NCBI GenBank assembly: GCA_013265495.1
Contig: MU058584.1
Location: 372,001-436,000 of the forward strand
Length of the DNA: 64,000 nt
Direction: 5' to 3'
Origin: Vicugna vicugna
Lineage: Eukaryota
Notes under the pieces: model-generated
Told to the model about the DNA's origin: nothing
The model's database searches: none
Seen by the model: only the letters and a program-made list of their open reading frames with translations
Translations under genes and position numbers: made by a program
Shown: positions 1-13,229 of the stretch, piece by piece
Layout of the letters: each line of letters opens with the position of its first letter
How positions within the stretch are numbered: the first letter of the stretch is position 1

Positions 1-641
1 CTGCCCACCTATCTGATGGCTTGGAAACTAGATGTGCTCTCTGCAGACTTGCTGTACTTAAAGTTTTTTACTTGGCGTGGTCAATGAAGGTATCTTATAA
101 CATCTGTAGAAGCCAGCAGAAGCCTTGGAACAATGGCTGGAGTTGTCATCTAATGATCAGAGCATCCTGGGCTCCAGTGTAAGGTGCACAAGGGTTATTG
201 CTGGGTTTTGTTTGTGTAGCATTGGCTGTGTCTTTCAACATCTTTGGGTTCCAAGTCTTTTATCTCTAAACCAGTTGATAGAATTAGACCAGTGGCTCTC
301 TGGAGGGCACATCCAACTGTCCCATCATTCAGAAGTGTTCTTTACCTGTGCTCTGCACCATCAGGAACATACTTGGTCTTTTAGACAGACTCCGACTTCT
401 CAGAGCTTGCAACCTGAGACTTTCTGATATGGATACACATTTAAAAGACAGACTCCCGATAGATTATTGAACAGTTTTGTCGATAGTGTGATGAACCTGT
501 CACTTCTGAAAAAGGGTTTTTTTTCCCTCCCACTTTCACTGCTTAGGTTAAATCATTTGCCCTAAGAACGCCCTCAAATACAGGCATGCATATACCATAG
601 ACTGGGTATGTTAGCAGTTTAAGCATGTCAAGGGCATAATA

Positions 642-745
642 CAGTGTCCTAGGTATCCCCAGGGATTTAGTTTCAGGAAACCCCATCCCCAGCTCCATAT
701 GGAAATCCACGAAATGCTCAAGTCCCTTATATAAAATGGCATAGT
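642..745 (+). mobile_element. MER2-like (TcMar-Tigger) DNA transposon end fragment
   Basis: TA|CAGTGTCCTAGGTATCC...GAAATCCACGAAATGCTCAAGTCCCTTATATAAAATGGCATAGT resembles the MER2 terminus, preceded by TA. Confidence 0.75.
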
Positions 746-1214
746 CTGGTGGTTGGCAGAACTTGCACTCGGTGGAGGACTTGTGTCTGGTGGTCCATTG
801 GAGTCCTGACAGTGGGATGTGCAGTGGGGCTGAGGAGAGTGCCTCCTCTCTCCTGTCCATCCTTCACCTCTTAGGAGGGAGGGCAGCCACAGTAGAGCAC
901 CTGCCTCTTGTTGCTCCTGAGCACCCTTCTGAGGTGAGAGAATTAATTTATGGATGCAATTTAAAAAAGTTATTCTAAAGATAGTCATTATATAGAATTT
1001 GAAAACCCAGAACTTATAGAGAAAAATGTTGAGTCAATGGGAGGATAGTTTAAGTAGTGAGATGGTATATATTGTTTCTTTACTCATGGTCTTTGTGTAA
1101 GGTGGTGCTGTGTTTGACACACTACTTAATTTGAATGGAAAGAATTGTGGTGTCTTTCATCATAAACCCCAGTGTTGGAAGAGGCCATGTTGCTCTCTGG
1201 CGGGACAAGATCAC

Positions 1215-1626
1215 TGTGCTTAGCTGGACTATCAGCTGGGGAAACAAACCAGTTGTCAAGAGATAAGTATATGAAGAGATTTGTTGCAAGGAACTGGTGT
1301 AGGTGATTGTAGGGGCTGTCAGGCCAAGTCTAAAATCTCTAGGTGAAGCCCTCAGGCTGGGTCTATTGGGCATGGACTGAAGCTGCTGGCCACAGGCAGA
1401 GTTTCTTCAGGGAATCCTCAGCGATGCTCTCAAGGCCTTTCAACAGATTAAATCAGGCCCATCCAAATTATCTAGGATAATCTTTACTTAAAGTCAACTG
1501 ATTATGGATCTAAGTCGTATCTATAAAATACCTTTACAGCAACACCTAGATTAGCATTTGATTGGATGACTAGGTACTGTAGCCTAGCCAGATGGACATA
1601 TATTAAACAAGACAAAACCCATCATA
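1215..1626 (-). mobile_element. MLT2-family (ERVL) solo LTR
   Basis: gagatttgttgcaaggaactgg...aaggcctttcaacagatt...cttaaagtcaactgatt...aaatacctttacagcaacacctagattag...ccatca follows the reverse complement of MLT2-type LTRs. Confidence 0.75.
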
Positions 1627-2054
1627 TTTGGTAAACTGTCCTGTTCGAAAATTAATCTGGAGAATTGGGTGCATCGTCTGCCTTTAGTCCTGTCTGTCTT
1701 TCTACAACCCTCCCTGCTAGGACATACCAGGTCTGGTCCCACCTAGACCTGTCTGCCTAGAACGTCATGTTCTGTCTGGCCTTCGTTACATTCATTTGTA
1801 CTTCTGCTTCCTGAGTATGCTTAAGAAGTCTTTTGTGTATCTGTGACCTTCCCCCATCGCTAAGTTGGAAGTTCTTGCAGGGGTGGGGTGGTGCCGTCCC
1901 TTGCATTTGTCTGTCTCTGGTCTGAATCCATGCTCCAGTGCTCTAAGTGACTTCTCAGTGACCAGTGACTACCACTGATGACTTATCTCCAGGTTCAAGA
2001 ATGACCAAGATTCTTGTTACATCTCCTCATGGAAAAAAAAATGTGTTTGCTTTT

Positions 2055-2290
2055 GTTCATGCAACAGGTATTTTCAAGTGCCCACTATGAGCTGGGATTT
2101 TTCTCGGTATTGAAAACGGAGCCGTGAGCAACACAAACTCTCCTTGCTCCTTTGGAGCTTTACCGACTGGCATGGGTATTGGGGATGTGGGAAGAAAGAA
2201 GGAGAACAACAATAAATGTGCAAATGAAATGACCTCGCCAACTTCAGGTGGTGCTAAGTGTGTTGAGGAAAATAGAGCAAGATACTGTGA
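2055..2290 (-). mobile_element. L2 LINE 3' fragment
   Basis: ttcatgcaacaggtattttcaagtgcccactatg...ggagcttta...ggtggtgctaagtg pattern of an old L2 3' end. Confidence 0.55.
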
Positions 2291-2459
2291 CTCTAAGTTT
2301 GGTGGTTGCTTTCTGAGTTCAGGTTTTGACTTCCTAGTTGTGTGGTGTTGGGCAAATTAATTACTTCACCTCTGAGATGTTTGGAGTGGGAGCCATTGTA
2401 GGTTTTGGGGAAGAGGTTCTAGGAGGAAGAATTGTCCAGAAATGTCTTTCGGGATAGTT

Positions 2460-2611
2460 AGAGCTGTGCTCCTCGGAGTGTAGCTTGTATCCTGGGAGAC
2501 CTTGTTAGAAGTGCAGGCTCTCGAGCCCTGTCCCAGACCCACTGAATCAAATCTGCATTTTACCAACATCCCTGAGTAAGTTCTCTGTATACTGAAGTTT
2601 GAGAAACACCT
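2460..2611. mobile_element. MER5A (hAT-Charlie) DNA transposon
   Basis: cttgttagaagtgcaggctctc...cccagacccactgaatcaaatctgcattttaccaacatccc...tactgaagtttgagaaacac is the characteristic MER5A body and TIR. Confidence 0.8.
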
Positions 2612-5456
2612 TGAAGTGAAGGAGGCTGAGGGCAGTTTGGAGACTTACTAGAGCAACTTAGGTATAAAGCTTTGGATTCAGAAGGGAAATGGAAGGGAAG
2701 GAAAGGGAGAGAATGAATTCAGAAGGTCATTTTAACCGGTTTTATCCTGGGTGAGGTCAGTCTGTGAAGCGTTGACTTACAAGAAACTGACTTATGACCG
2801 TCAGCTTATTAGATCATAATGGGAGGTATGCAGGTTTTAAATACTGAGCACTTGAACTTGTCTCTGCATAGGATACTTCTCCCTGGTTTCCAGGTCCTCT
2901 CAGCATGTCAGATACACAAGGTAGCAGGCTGTCTGGAGAGTAGAGGATCAAGAAGTTGGAATTGGCCTTTATCATAAAGCTGCCATTGCCGAGTGTCTCA
3001 ACCTCTGTCACTTCAGGAATGTTTCCTTTAAATGGCTAGGCTCTGCCATCAGGGAGTTGAGCCCTGTCCTCTGAAGCGTGTGGCCTGCTGTCACAGCCAC
3101 TGTCACCTTCTCCAGAAGGTATGTGTGCAGGCCACTGTGTCACCGTCTTCCTTTGTGGTTGTGACTCCTAGAACTGTTGTGTGTGAATCCCATTGTAGGT
3201 TGGCTGCTTCTTGCTGCCTTGCGGGAGACTCCTTGATTCTGGCTATCTAGTGTTTCCAGAACAGGTTGCTTCCCAGTAAATTTGCATAGACAGCTAATCC
3301 CATCCACAGGATGACATTCTTGTATGCTTTATTCCTCCAGAGGATGAGTCTTTCCTCCTTGGGTGTCTTCTTTGGGCTTTTCCAGAATCCATCATAGTGC
3401 GGGTGTTTACTTCATTCAGCACTTACTTTGTGCTGGGTATTGTTTAGGTGTTGTATTTAACTACAGCTCAGAAAGATCTTGGCTGAGCTGGTAGCTTGTA
3501 ATATGTTTTCTTGGAATCAGGCCTACTTAGGGACAGTAGTGAATGCTGTGGGGTTTTCTTTCAAAAGTATTATTGTGTTCCAGAGGTGTCACATGGGGAA
3601 AGACAGCTGGGCAGACAGAGGACAGGTACGGTTTCTGATTGAACACCTTGGCACTCTGATTTATTGACTTTGGTGCCGATTCGGTATGGGTGGGTGTCTT
3701 AAAGTGACCATGACTGATGAGAAGACAGCTCTGTGTGCCTCCTTCCCTCCCTAGCATCCTCTTTAACAAGTACAATTTCCTCAGAAACTTTTCCACCTAT
3801 AGTTTTTGATTCTCCTACAGAGATCTCTGGGCTCTTTTGGGGAGTAAGGATGTATGTCATCAGCTTTGGAGCAAGAGGCAACCTTTGTTCAGCCTGAATC
3901 AAAATGAAACCCGTTTCATTTTTTAAGTTACTTGAGCTTTCATGAAGCTCCTTGCAAATACATATACCACAGCACCAGGGAGTAAGAACAGAGTTAAAAG
4001 CACCTCTGTGGACAGCATTAATCCATTTTCTGGGGCATAATCTAATAATCAGAAAATGCTGGCTTCGGTTTCCTGGGGACAGGAGCTCATTTTATCCATT
4101 TTGTTCTGTTTGCATTGGCTGTCTCTCCAGATATTGCAGGATTCCATACATCGGTCCTGTCTTTATCAGATTAATGTCAGGCTGTAGTGACTAGATGTGT
4201 TTATGGATTTATTTGCTGCTGCTTAATGGATGGCAGGCTGTGTCTGACACTTGACTGCTGGCTTTGTGGTAGCTGTTTTTCTTAAACTGATGAATTCTTG
4301 CCAGATAATCTACCATGAGTTTTTCTTTCTGTAGACAGGGAGGCGTGAACTCATGCATCCTAGCGCTTGTCCTTTTCCTTTGAGAGGAAGGGATAGAGAC
4401 ATAGGGAAGCCTAGGGACACGGCTGCTCAGAACCTTGAACCTTGTGGAACCCTAGCTGCCTCTCGGCTAAGGCTGCTGACCTCCGTCCTCCTGGCATTTC
4501 AGGTGTATTGTTGAGCCCATTGGTGAATGAATGTGCCATTGTACTCCTGGAATAAAGAGGGGCTGGTGCTTTGCATGCACCTTGTTGGGCTGCAGCTAGA
4601 AGACTTTTTAGTTCTCCTTTCTACTGAGGACCCCACGGTGAGCATTTGTTGGGGCTGTATCCTTCTAGCCCCTCCAGGGAGGTCTGTGCAGAAAAAGCTG
4701 CCTGGTACGTGTGCGCGCGCACGCCCGTGTGCAAACACAGAGGGACTTCCACTGTCTCCTGGGGTCCTTAGGGAACCCATAACGGCTTCCTGCCATCTGA
4801 TGATGGTCAAGCCCACATATTCTTTGTCTCTATTTTCTTAACAGACGTCAGTCAGTGACCATTTATTGTATCTTCTGGGCACCAGGCACATCTCGTCCTC
4901 CACAGTGTTGTTAGGAGAAGATACAGACACAAAGATTGTGAAATGTTTTGTCAATATCAATTGCTTAGCAGGTGCTGTGTGTTGTGATATTACAGTTGAC
5001 TCTGGTTTTTTTTTTTTTTTTTTTTGAAAAACCCTTCTGGCTTCTGGTTTCTCCTGCATGATTAATCAGTATTTGTAGAGCCCTTATGTATAACCATCAT
5101 TTTTTGAGTAGACACGGTAATCGATGGATAGTTTTCAATTTGCTCCATATATACTGAGCACCCATTATCTGTCCAGGGCTGTTCAAGAGAATAGGGTCAG
5201 GGTCAAGGTCAGGGTGAGTGTGTGTTCACTGGGGATGAGTCAGAACTCTGCTCTGGGAGGACCCTTGGTTCTTTTGGGTAATGAATCCTGTGAAAATCTA
5301 ATGACATCTTTGGCCTCAGAAAACTGCTGGTAAACAGAGAACCTAGCATAGTACTTCAGGGAGCCCATGAGAAAGTTCATAGGATTCCTAGGACCCCAGC
5401 TTAAAAGCCTCTTGTCTTGATGATATGACAAGTCACTTAAGAGATTTATCATTATC

Positions 5457-5921
5457 CAGATGATTGGATAAAGAAGTTGTGTCAATGCAATACTACTCAG
5501 CCATAAAATAGAATGAAATAATGCCATTTGTAGCAACATGGATGGACCTAGAGATTATCATACGGAGTGAAGTAAGTCAGACAAAGACAAATATCATATA
5601 TCACTTATATGGAATCTAAAAGGACGCAAATGAACTTATGACAAAACAGAAGCAGACTCACAGACATAGAAAACAAATGTATGGTTATAAAGGGGAAAGG
5701 TGGGGGAGGGATAAATTGGGAGTTTGGGATTAGCAGACACAGACTACTATATGTAAAATAAATAACAGTGTCCTACTGTAGAGCACAGGGAACTATATCT
5801 AATATCTTGTAATAACCTATAATGAAAATGAATATGTATATATATGTATGTATAACCGAATCACTATGCTATATACTAGAAACTAATGCAACATTGTGAA
5901 TCAACTATACTTCAGTGAAAA
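5457..5921 (+). mobile_element. 5'-truncated cetartiodactyl-type L1 (ORF2 C-terminal end plus 3' UTR)
   Basis: tactactcagccataaaa...tgccatttgtagcaacatggatggacctagagattatcata...tcaactatacttcagtgaaaaaa. Flanked by an 18-bp TSD: aagagatttatcattatc (5439-5456) and aagagatttgtcattatc (5922-5939). Confidence 0.92.
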
Positions 5922-6799
5922 AAGAGATTTGTCATTATCTGCATTTTGGGAGGTAGAGATACTAATTTCTGGACCTTTATAGTATGTTTTTATTTTAAGA
6001 AACTGGACCATTTCACTGCTACAATAACCAGAAGAGGGTCTGTTTGGGGACCATGGATGGGAACTATTCCAGTGGCCTGTGAGGGAGAGCAGTGAGAAGT
6101 TTGGAGCAGGTCATCCAGGCATTCCAGAGAGGTCTTTACCTTCCTGCAGTCTGGAACCTGATTTAACAATAAAGGATTTACTCTGCAGACATAACTATGC
6201 AGGCAGTGGGCCTGTGTGTTTGTGTGTCCCTGAAAACTGTGTAGAGATGTCCCTGATTTCAGCTTCTGTTTCACTAAAGCTGAGATCTCTGTTGGGTTTA
6301 CTCCACATTTTGCAAAAGCCAAAAACCAAAACGAAACAAAAAACAAAAAATGGCAAAAAATAAGCAAAGGACTTGGACTGCTTTTGTTTATTTTTTTATT
6401 TAGGAATTGCCAATGTGATCAGGATTCAGTGTAAGAAAAGTAGTAGGAATCTACTTGCGTAACATTTTTTTTCTGCCTTTTAAAAAACCTGTATGAGAAT
6501 CTTCCTATGCCTTTATGCAGCTACAGTTTTCTGTTGGATCCTGGAGCACTGTACAGCCAGAGCTAAGAAATCACTGTCTTGTCTATGTGAAATATTGAAG
6601 GGTAGCAAAAGCTATTCATGTCAGGTGAGGGGATTTGCAGAAGAACTTGAAATTGCCCAGAGTTGTCCTCTGAAGGCTTGGAGAGTGAAACATATTGTCT
6701 TGTTGGAGAGGAAAGGGATGGCGTGGGGGAAGCAGAAGGATGGCGATGATGGATATATGGCCAGAGTGACAAATGTGAACCTGTCTCATGTCTTCTGTG

Positions 6800-7110
6800 C
6801 TGCCAGTGAGGGTGTAAACCTCCTAGGAAAGCGATTTGATTACATACGTGTGTATCTATCACACGTATATGTATATATTGAGATACTTCAACATTTCGTA
6901 CCCTTTAATCAAATAATTCCTGTTTCTGGAGCTCTGTCCTAAAGAAACAGCCTAAATATGGTAAAATATTTTGTGGGGTACATCTTTATATGCAGCAGTT
7001 TTATTTATAATAGTGAAAGGTAGAAAGGCAGCTTAAGTGCTCACAATTGAGGAATTGTTAGGCAAATGACAAGTTATTCAAATGATGGAAATTTGTGCAG
7101 CCATTAAGCT
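6800..7110 (+). mobile_element. Ancient L1 (L1ME-like) ORF2 3' fragment
   Basis: accctttaatcaaataattcctgtttctgga...gcagcagttttatttataatagtgaaa...gcagccattaa, degenerate L1 ORF2 end. Confidence 0.6.
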
Positions 7111-7559
7111 CGTTTATGAAGAAGGAAAGAATTAGGAATCTGATGCAGGAGACAGGGAGAGAATCCTTTAAGTCCCACCGCCCCAACCCCGCCCCATATC
7201 TTTTAATACGTGCTTCTTCACATTGTCCGTGTATAATTCTCTCCAGAATTGTTTCTTGATCTTCTCCACTCCCAACTGCATTCCTTAGCAATCTGTTTCT
7301 ATTCAAACACTTGCAAAAGTGTTAATGCTTCTGCTCTCTAATCTGGGTGTTCATCTCTCTTGGATACAGATTTTGAAAAGAACCTTTGCAATGCGATTTC
7401 CCGTTTACCCATATCTGTAGAGCAGGATTCCTTAGGAGGAGTTCAGCCAGATAGTTACTGCAAAGCCACATTTGGGTGTGGTGAGATGCCTCTTAGAGAA
7501 AGAACTCAGAATGTTAGTTTTTCATTTGAAAAACTGCATTTGAAAGGGACAGACTGATC

Positions 7560-7840
7560 AGTTCAGTTTTGGAGAGTATGTGTCCCACCTCCTCATTTTG
7601 CACACGGGAAAACAGAAGCCAAGGAAGGTGCCCCAGATGTCACAGCTGGCAGTGATGGGTGTGGCATCCCCTTCTGCAGAGGGGAACTGTGGAGGATGCT
7701 GGCTTTGCCCTTTATTAGGTGTGTGACTTTGAGCAAAAACTCTGAGGGTCTCAGTGGGTGTGTTTGTAAACTGAGCTTGTGTGAGGTGTTTAGCAGTGTG
7801 TCTGCCATATACTAAGTGCTCAGTAAATGTTAACTATTAT
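7560..7840. mobile_element. MIR SINE fragments
   Basis: cctcattttgcacacgggaaaacagaagcc and tgtgtgactttgagcaa...taagtgctcagtaaatgttaactatta MIR motifs. Confidence 0.6.
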
Positions 7841-8589
7841 AAACAATAAAAATACAAATTACAGTGAAAGTTAGTAACAATTACTTTTTACTGTTACTAC
7901 TTAAGAGAAGGGACTCTTGCTTCCATTATTGTTTGTACCGTCTCAGGAAGTTGAACCCTTACCTCCTTGGGGATGTGGAATAATTGTTCAGATAATGTCC
8001 CCACATGGGGGACATAAAGCAGCAATTGAATGTTTGCGGTTAGGGTGGAATAACCCACTTCTAGGTCCATCTGAAACAAACACATTACAATGCAGGTGAA
8101 CCTCTATGATAAGAGCTGGAATGTATCAACAGATAAATTAGAGTGATGACAGTTATTACAAGTGACTTCTTCCCTTTAGAGAAGAATTTCAAGGTATATT
8201 TAAGTAGAGACGTTCCTATTGAGTATTATAAACAAGATTGTTCATTGACAGTTTTCCCTCGTACAATGGTTAGTGCAATGAAAACTGTAAAAGAAGACAT
8301 ATGTAATCTATTGCTGAGGTAAAATTGTCTTCTAATGATATAAGAACTGTTCAGAAACAGTGCTTTCAGATGTCAGCATTGTTTAAAAATCCTAGTGATA
8401 AAAAGATAATAAATAAATAAACTGTCTGGTGGGCATGTAAGAAAGTGAGAATTATTTTAAGTTTTATTTCACACAGGTCAATAAATCTTAAATTGAATTG
8501 ATGGAAAGAGTAGAGAACCCTCTAGAAACTGAGGTCACGTTATGTTTTGCATGTAGTAGTAGGGTTTTGGGAAACATATTTCAAGAACT

Positions 8590-11500
8590 TTTTATTGTCA
8601 AAAAATTCCAAAATACACAAAAATGGAATAATATAATGAACCCCTAAATACTTAATGCCCAGGTTCAATCATTTTTTAACATTTTGCCATATTTGCTTTG
8701 TCTATAACCTGCTTCCCTTATTTTGAAGTATTTTAATGGAAATCGTGAGAGCATGTTGTTTAACCACTACATACTTGAATGTGAATCTCCATAAAAATGT
8801 AGACTTTTCTTACACACTCAAGGCAATTAGCAAAATATCCATAGACCTAGTCCTTTGTTTACTTCCTCCAATTGTCTTCAAATGTCTTTGTTGGAATCTG
8901 GATCAAGTGCAATCCATGAATTGTAGTGGGATGTTAAGACTCAGAGCTCTTTTTATTTATTTATTTATTTATTTATTTTCAGGTGAATGGCTTTTTTTTT
9001 AAGTTGAAGTGCAATTGATTTACAATGTTAGATTCATGTGTACAGCAAAATAATTCTGTTATACACATACATATATATGTTTTCTGATTCTTTTCCATTA
9101 TATGTTGTTATAAGAAATTGAATATAGTTCCCTATGCTATACAGTGGGTCATCTGTTTTATATATTGTAATGTGTATCTTTTAGTCCCAAACTCCTAATT
9201 TATCCCCCCACACCCTTTCCCCTTGGGTAACCAAAGTTTGTTTTCTATGTCCGTGAAGACTCAGAGCTTTTGTCTAGAGTAGTGCCTCTCCTTTTTCCGC
9301 CCCTTGTGACTCTGACTTTAAAGGAATTGGCTGAGTTGTCTGGTAGGATGTCCCACACACTGGAATTTTTTTGAGAATCATTATGATCACATAGATATTG
9401 ATAGATTCAATGTGTTTAAATAAATTTACAGTCATTATTCATTTTGGTGCTCATATTGTCTCGAATTTTGATAGCGATGAGCTCTTCAAGCTGCTTCTGT
9501 GTCCTTTTGACATGACCCCAGTCGTTTTTGTTTTTTTTTTCCTGTTAGTATTCATGGTCTTCTGGCTTTGTAGTACATCAAGATATCTATACATTTCTTA
9601 ACCCAGACCTGAGGTCAGCCTCCCCTTCAAGGAGCCCTGTTCCTTTTCATAGATGAGGAATCTAGAGACCACAGTTTGAATATTGGAGGTACTTGTTGCT
9701 GGCTTCAAGGCCTTTTCATTGTGAGAATTAGAAAATGTTTAGTTTTGAAAAAAGTTCATGCTGCTATTTTGAGTGATAATGAATATACAGGATTTTAACT
9801 TCTTTAATTTTATACTTATATATTTTTCTTTTCATTGAAAAATCTTGGTTCCTAATAATATTTATCTTACAGTATATATAGGATAGTTTCAAAAATACTA
9901 ATATTGCTACATATAATAATATTGAATAAGGTTTGATTTCATCACAGTTCTCTTTTCCTTAGAATATTCCATTAAGTGTTACTGTCAAAGTACTGTGTTC
10001 TAAAGGCTATTGAAATACTGATTGTATGTTTGTATTACCAACTTGAGATATTAGGTACATTTATTTTTATTTGTTTTCAATTAAAACATTTTTATTTATT
10101 AAATAGGTAAGATATTCATGTGATTACAGATTCAAAGTTATTAACATGGTATATTCATAGATGTCTACTCTCTACTGTCTGTCCTCTCTCATCCTGTGTA
10201 TTAATTTTTTTTTTAATTCTTGAATAATTTTCAGTGTTTCTTTTCTGCAAATGTGTAAATACTTCATCCTTTCCTTAAACCCATACTTAAAAGGGGGCAT
10301 ACTATATTTACAGTTTTTATATTGGTTTTTATTTTGAATTAATGTCAAATAGAACAATTGCAAAAATAGGACAGAGAACTCCAGTTTACCCTCCACTTTC
10401 CTTCTCTCTCCTTCCTTCTCTCCCATCCATCCATCCATCCATATACACCCATACATTATCTTATACAGATTTTGTTCACATTTTACCACTAATTTATTTT
10501 TTGTGACCTAGGATCTAATCCAGGATGGTACAATGTATTTGGTTGTTAGATCTCTTTATTCTTCTTTAATCTGGAATGGTTCCTCAGTTTTTCTTTGTCT
10601 TTTATGGTCTTGACATTTTTCAACAATACAGACTAATTTGCAGATGCCCCTTATTTGAGATTTGCCTGATGTTTCCTCACGATTAGATTTTGGATTAGCA
10701 TTTGGGACAGAGATGCCACAGAAGTGCATCATATCAGGAGGCGCAGGGTATTGGTTTGTTTCATTACACATTACAAGTGATGTCAACCTTCGTCACTTTG
10801 TTAACCTTTGCCTTTTTTCTGCATGTTTTTGCTTGGAAAATCATCCATGAAAGTATATGGAACACTTCCTTATTCCTTTTTATAGCTGTATAGTTTTCTA
10901 TCCTAATGAACATTGTTTATTCAACTTGTTCACTGTTGACATTTGAATTATTTCTAGTTTTTTGCTGTTACAAATAGTGCCACAATGTATAACCTTATGT
11001 ATATGTCATTTAATAATTTTGCCAAGGCTTTTTTTTTTTTTTTTGGTGTTAGGGGGCAGGTAGTGGATAGATTCCTCAAAGTGGGATTTCTGCATCAAAG
11101 GGTAAATGCATATGCATTTTTGATGAGTGTTGCCAGACTTCTCTCTACAGGGATTATATCATTTTACATTCCCACCAGCAATGATTGTTTTCATAGTCTG
11201 ACTAATAGATCATATAGTCAAGCTTAGATTTTTGCTAATCCGCTAGGTGAGGAGTATCACAATATAGTTTTAACTTGAATTTCTTTTATTTAAGTGAGGT
11301 TGAGCATCTTTTCACTGAAGGGCCACTGGCATTTATTTTTCAATGAACTATTCATATCTTTTATCATTTTTCTATCAAGGTTTTGGTCTTTTTTTTCCCC
11401 CCTCACAATTTAAGATCTCTTTGTATATTAGGGATATGATGTTTGTTGCAAATATTTTTTTCTACTTTGTGATTTGACTTCATGGTGCTCTCTCCCCTGT

Positions 11501-12200
11501 CCCACCTAACCATATACAACTTTTTATGTTTGAAAAATGTTTTAAAAGTCAAAAGAATAGTGCAGTGAACCTCTATACTCTCCACAGAGATTCACCAATT
11601 TTTAATAATTTAGTGCTATTTGGCATATCTCTTTACACATACAATTTTGAAACATCATTTGAAAGTAAGTTGTAGAAATTGACACTTCATCACTAAATAC
11701 TTAAGATATATGTCCTAAGAATAAGAACAAACCTTTACCTAACCGCAACATTATCACGCTGAAAAAGGTTAGTGATAATTTGGTTATGGTAGTTTTTGTT
11801 TTTGCTATGCTTTCATAAAATTTATTATATGGTTTGTATGATTTTATGTAGCCTATCAATCTTTCATTTTAATGCTTCTGGATTTTGAATCATAGTAATA
11901 TTTTTCTTACTTGAGGAATGTAAAGAAATTTACCTATGTTTTCCTTTAGTACTTGGATGATTTTATTTTTCTTAAATTTAAATTCAGATCTCTCATTCAT
12001 TTGGTATGTATCCTAGTATACAGAATGATGTACTGATCTAATTTTACATTTTTCTAATGGAATCCTGTTGTCCTAATACTATTTATTAATAAGTAAATAT
12101 CCCCCACTGCCATGGAAATACTGCCTTTATTATACACTTCATTTCCTTATGCACTTGGGGTTTTTTTTTGTGCTTTGTATTATTTTGCATTGTCTGTCTT
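8590..12200 (-). mobile_element. Cluster of nested ancient L1 (L1MC/L1ME-like) fragments
   Basis: Very T-rich + strand with antisense L1 motifs (ttttacattcccaccagcaatg, gaggttgagcatctttt, tttgttgcaaatattttt, gcttctggattttgaatcatag). Confidence 0.7.
8949..9255 (-). mobile_element. 5'-truncated cetartiodactyl-type L1 3' UTR with double tail
   Basis: Antisense L1 3' UTR (ttgaagtgcaattgatttacaatgtt...ttgaatatagttccctatgctatacagt...ccaaactcctaatttatccc). Perfect 13-bp TSD aagactcagagct at 8936-8948 and 9256-9268. Confidence 0.9.
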
Positions 12201-13229
12201 TTGGGACGTTCATTTAGTTGAATTGTTATTTCAGTTCACTCAATGATCTGTTCTCCTCTGGTTTCATTCTAATCATGAAGGTGTCATTCCTTGTACACAT
12301 TTACAAAAAGCTCATCATACCAGAATGAAATATTCAGCATTATTTTAAATATTGATAATTTTCTCCATCATTATACAATATCACTGAATGAAGGCTCCTC
12401 AAAATATGTTTATATTCCACCAAAGTTTATTTGTGATCTTTCTTTAAAAGGGGTAGAATTTCCTATTTTTCATTATCTTTTTTATTCTTCCTCTTTTTAT
12501 TTACAATATAAATATTTGAATATCTGCTATTTACAAGGTAATTTAACAGATACAGTATGGCATATAAATTGTATGAACAGGAAAACATTTATTCCACATT
12601 CAACCCCTGTTTCCTTTATTATTTGAAGAAATCAGTTTAAACTGAGGAATTCTTGAACCACCAGCTGCTGCTCTGTGAAGCCCGCCTGGGACTTCCTTGT
12701 CACCTGATTGGTTTGGTGGGTGGCTGTTCAGTCACCCAGGGGTGGGTCCTGATGAAGCCGTTGATTCTCTTTCCCAGTCCTAGGAGATTCTTATTTGGCC
12801 CTGATAACCCCTGGCTTGATTTTACCCTTTACTCTGCACACAGGGATTCACAAGGTTTGAAGGAGGTAAATGTACTGATTTTTATGAATGTTCTTGTCAT
12901 CGCATGCCAGGGTAAGGTTTGGGGACCCCACGTAAGCTTTTCACTGTGTTACCTGCTTCCGTGTGTGCTTACCTCCGTTTTAGCTGTAACTGGCTGTTCC
13001 AGCTTTCTCTGATCCTTCTTTCCTCAGAATTCTCTGTCCTCTGGTCTGGCGCATGGTCACACACGCCTTGTGTTATTGTATAACTGTTTTCTCTAGGTCT
13101 CCTCCCCCTAATTGAATAAGCTGTACTGTTTGTATCTGGCCTCATTTTTTACCCCCGATCAGCCATTGTTGCTCACTCGTCCACAGTGTATACTCCCCAT
13201 TCTGCTCAGTCAGCCCTGTCACCGCCACA

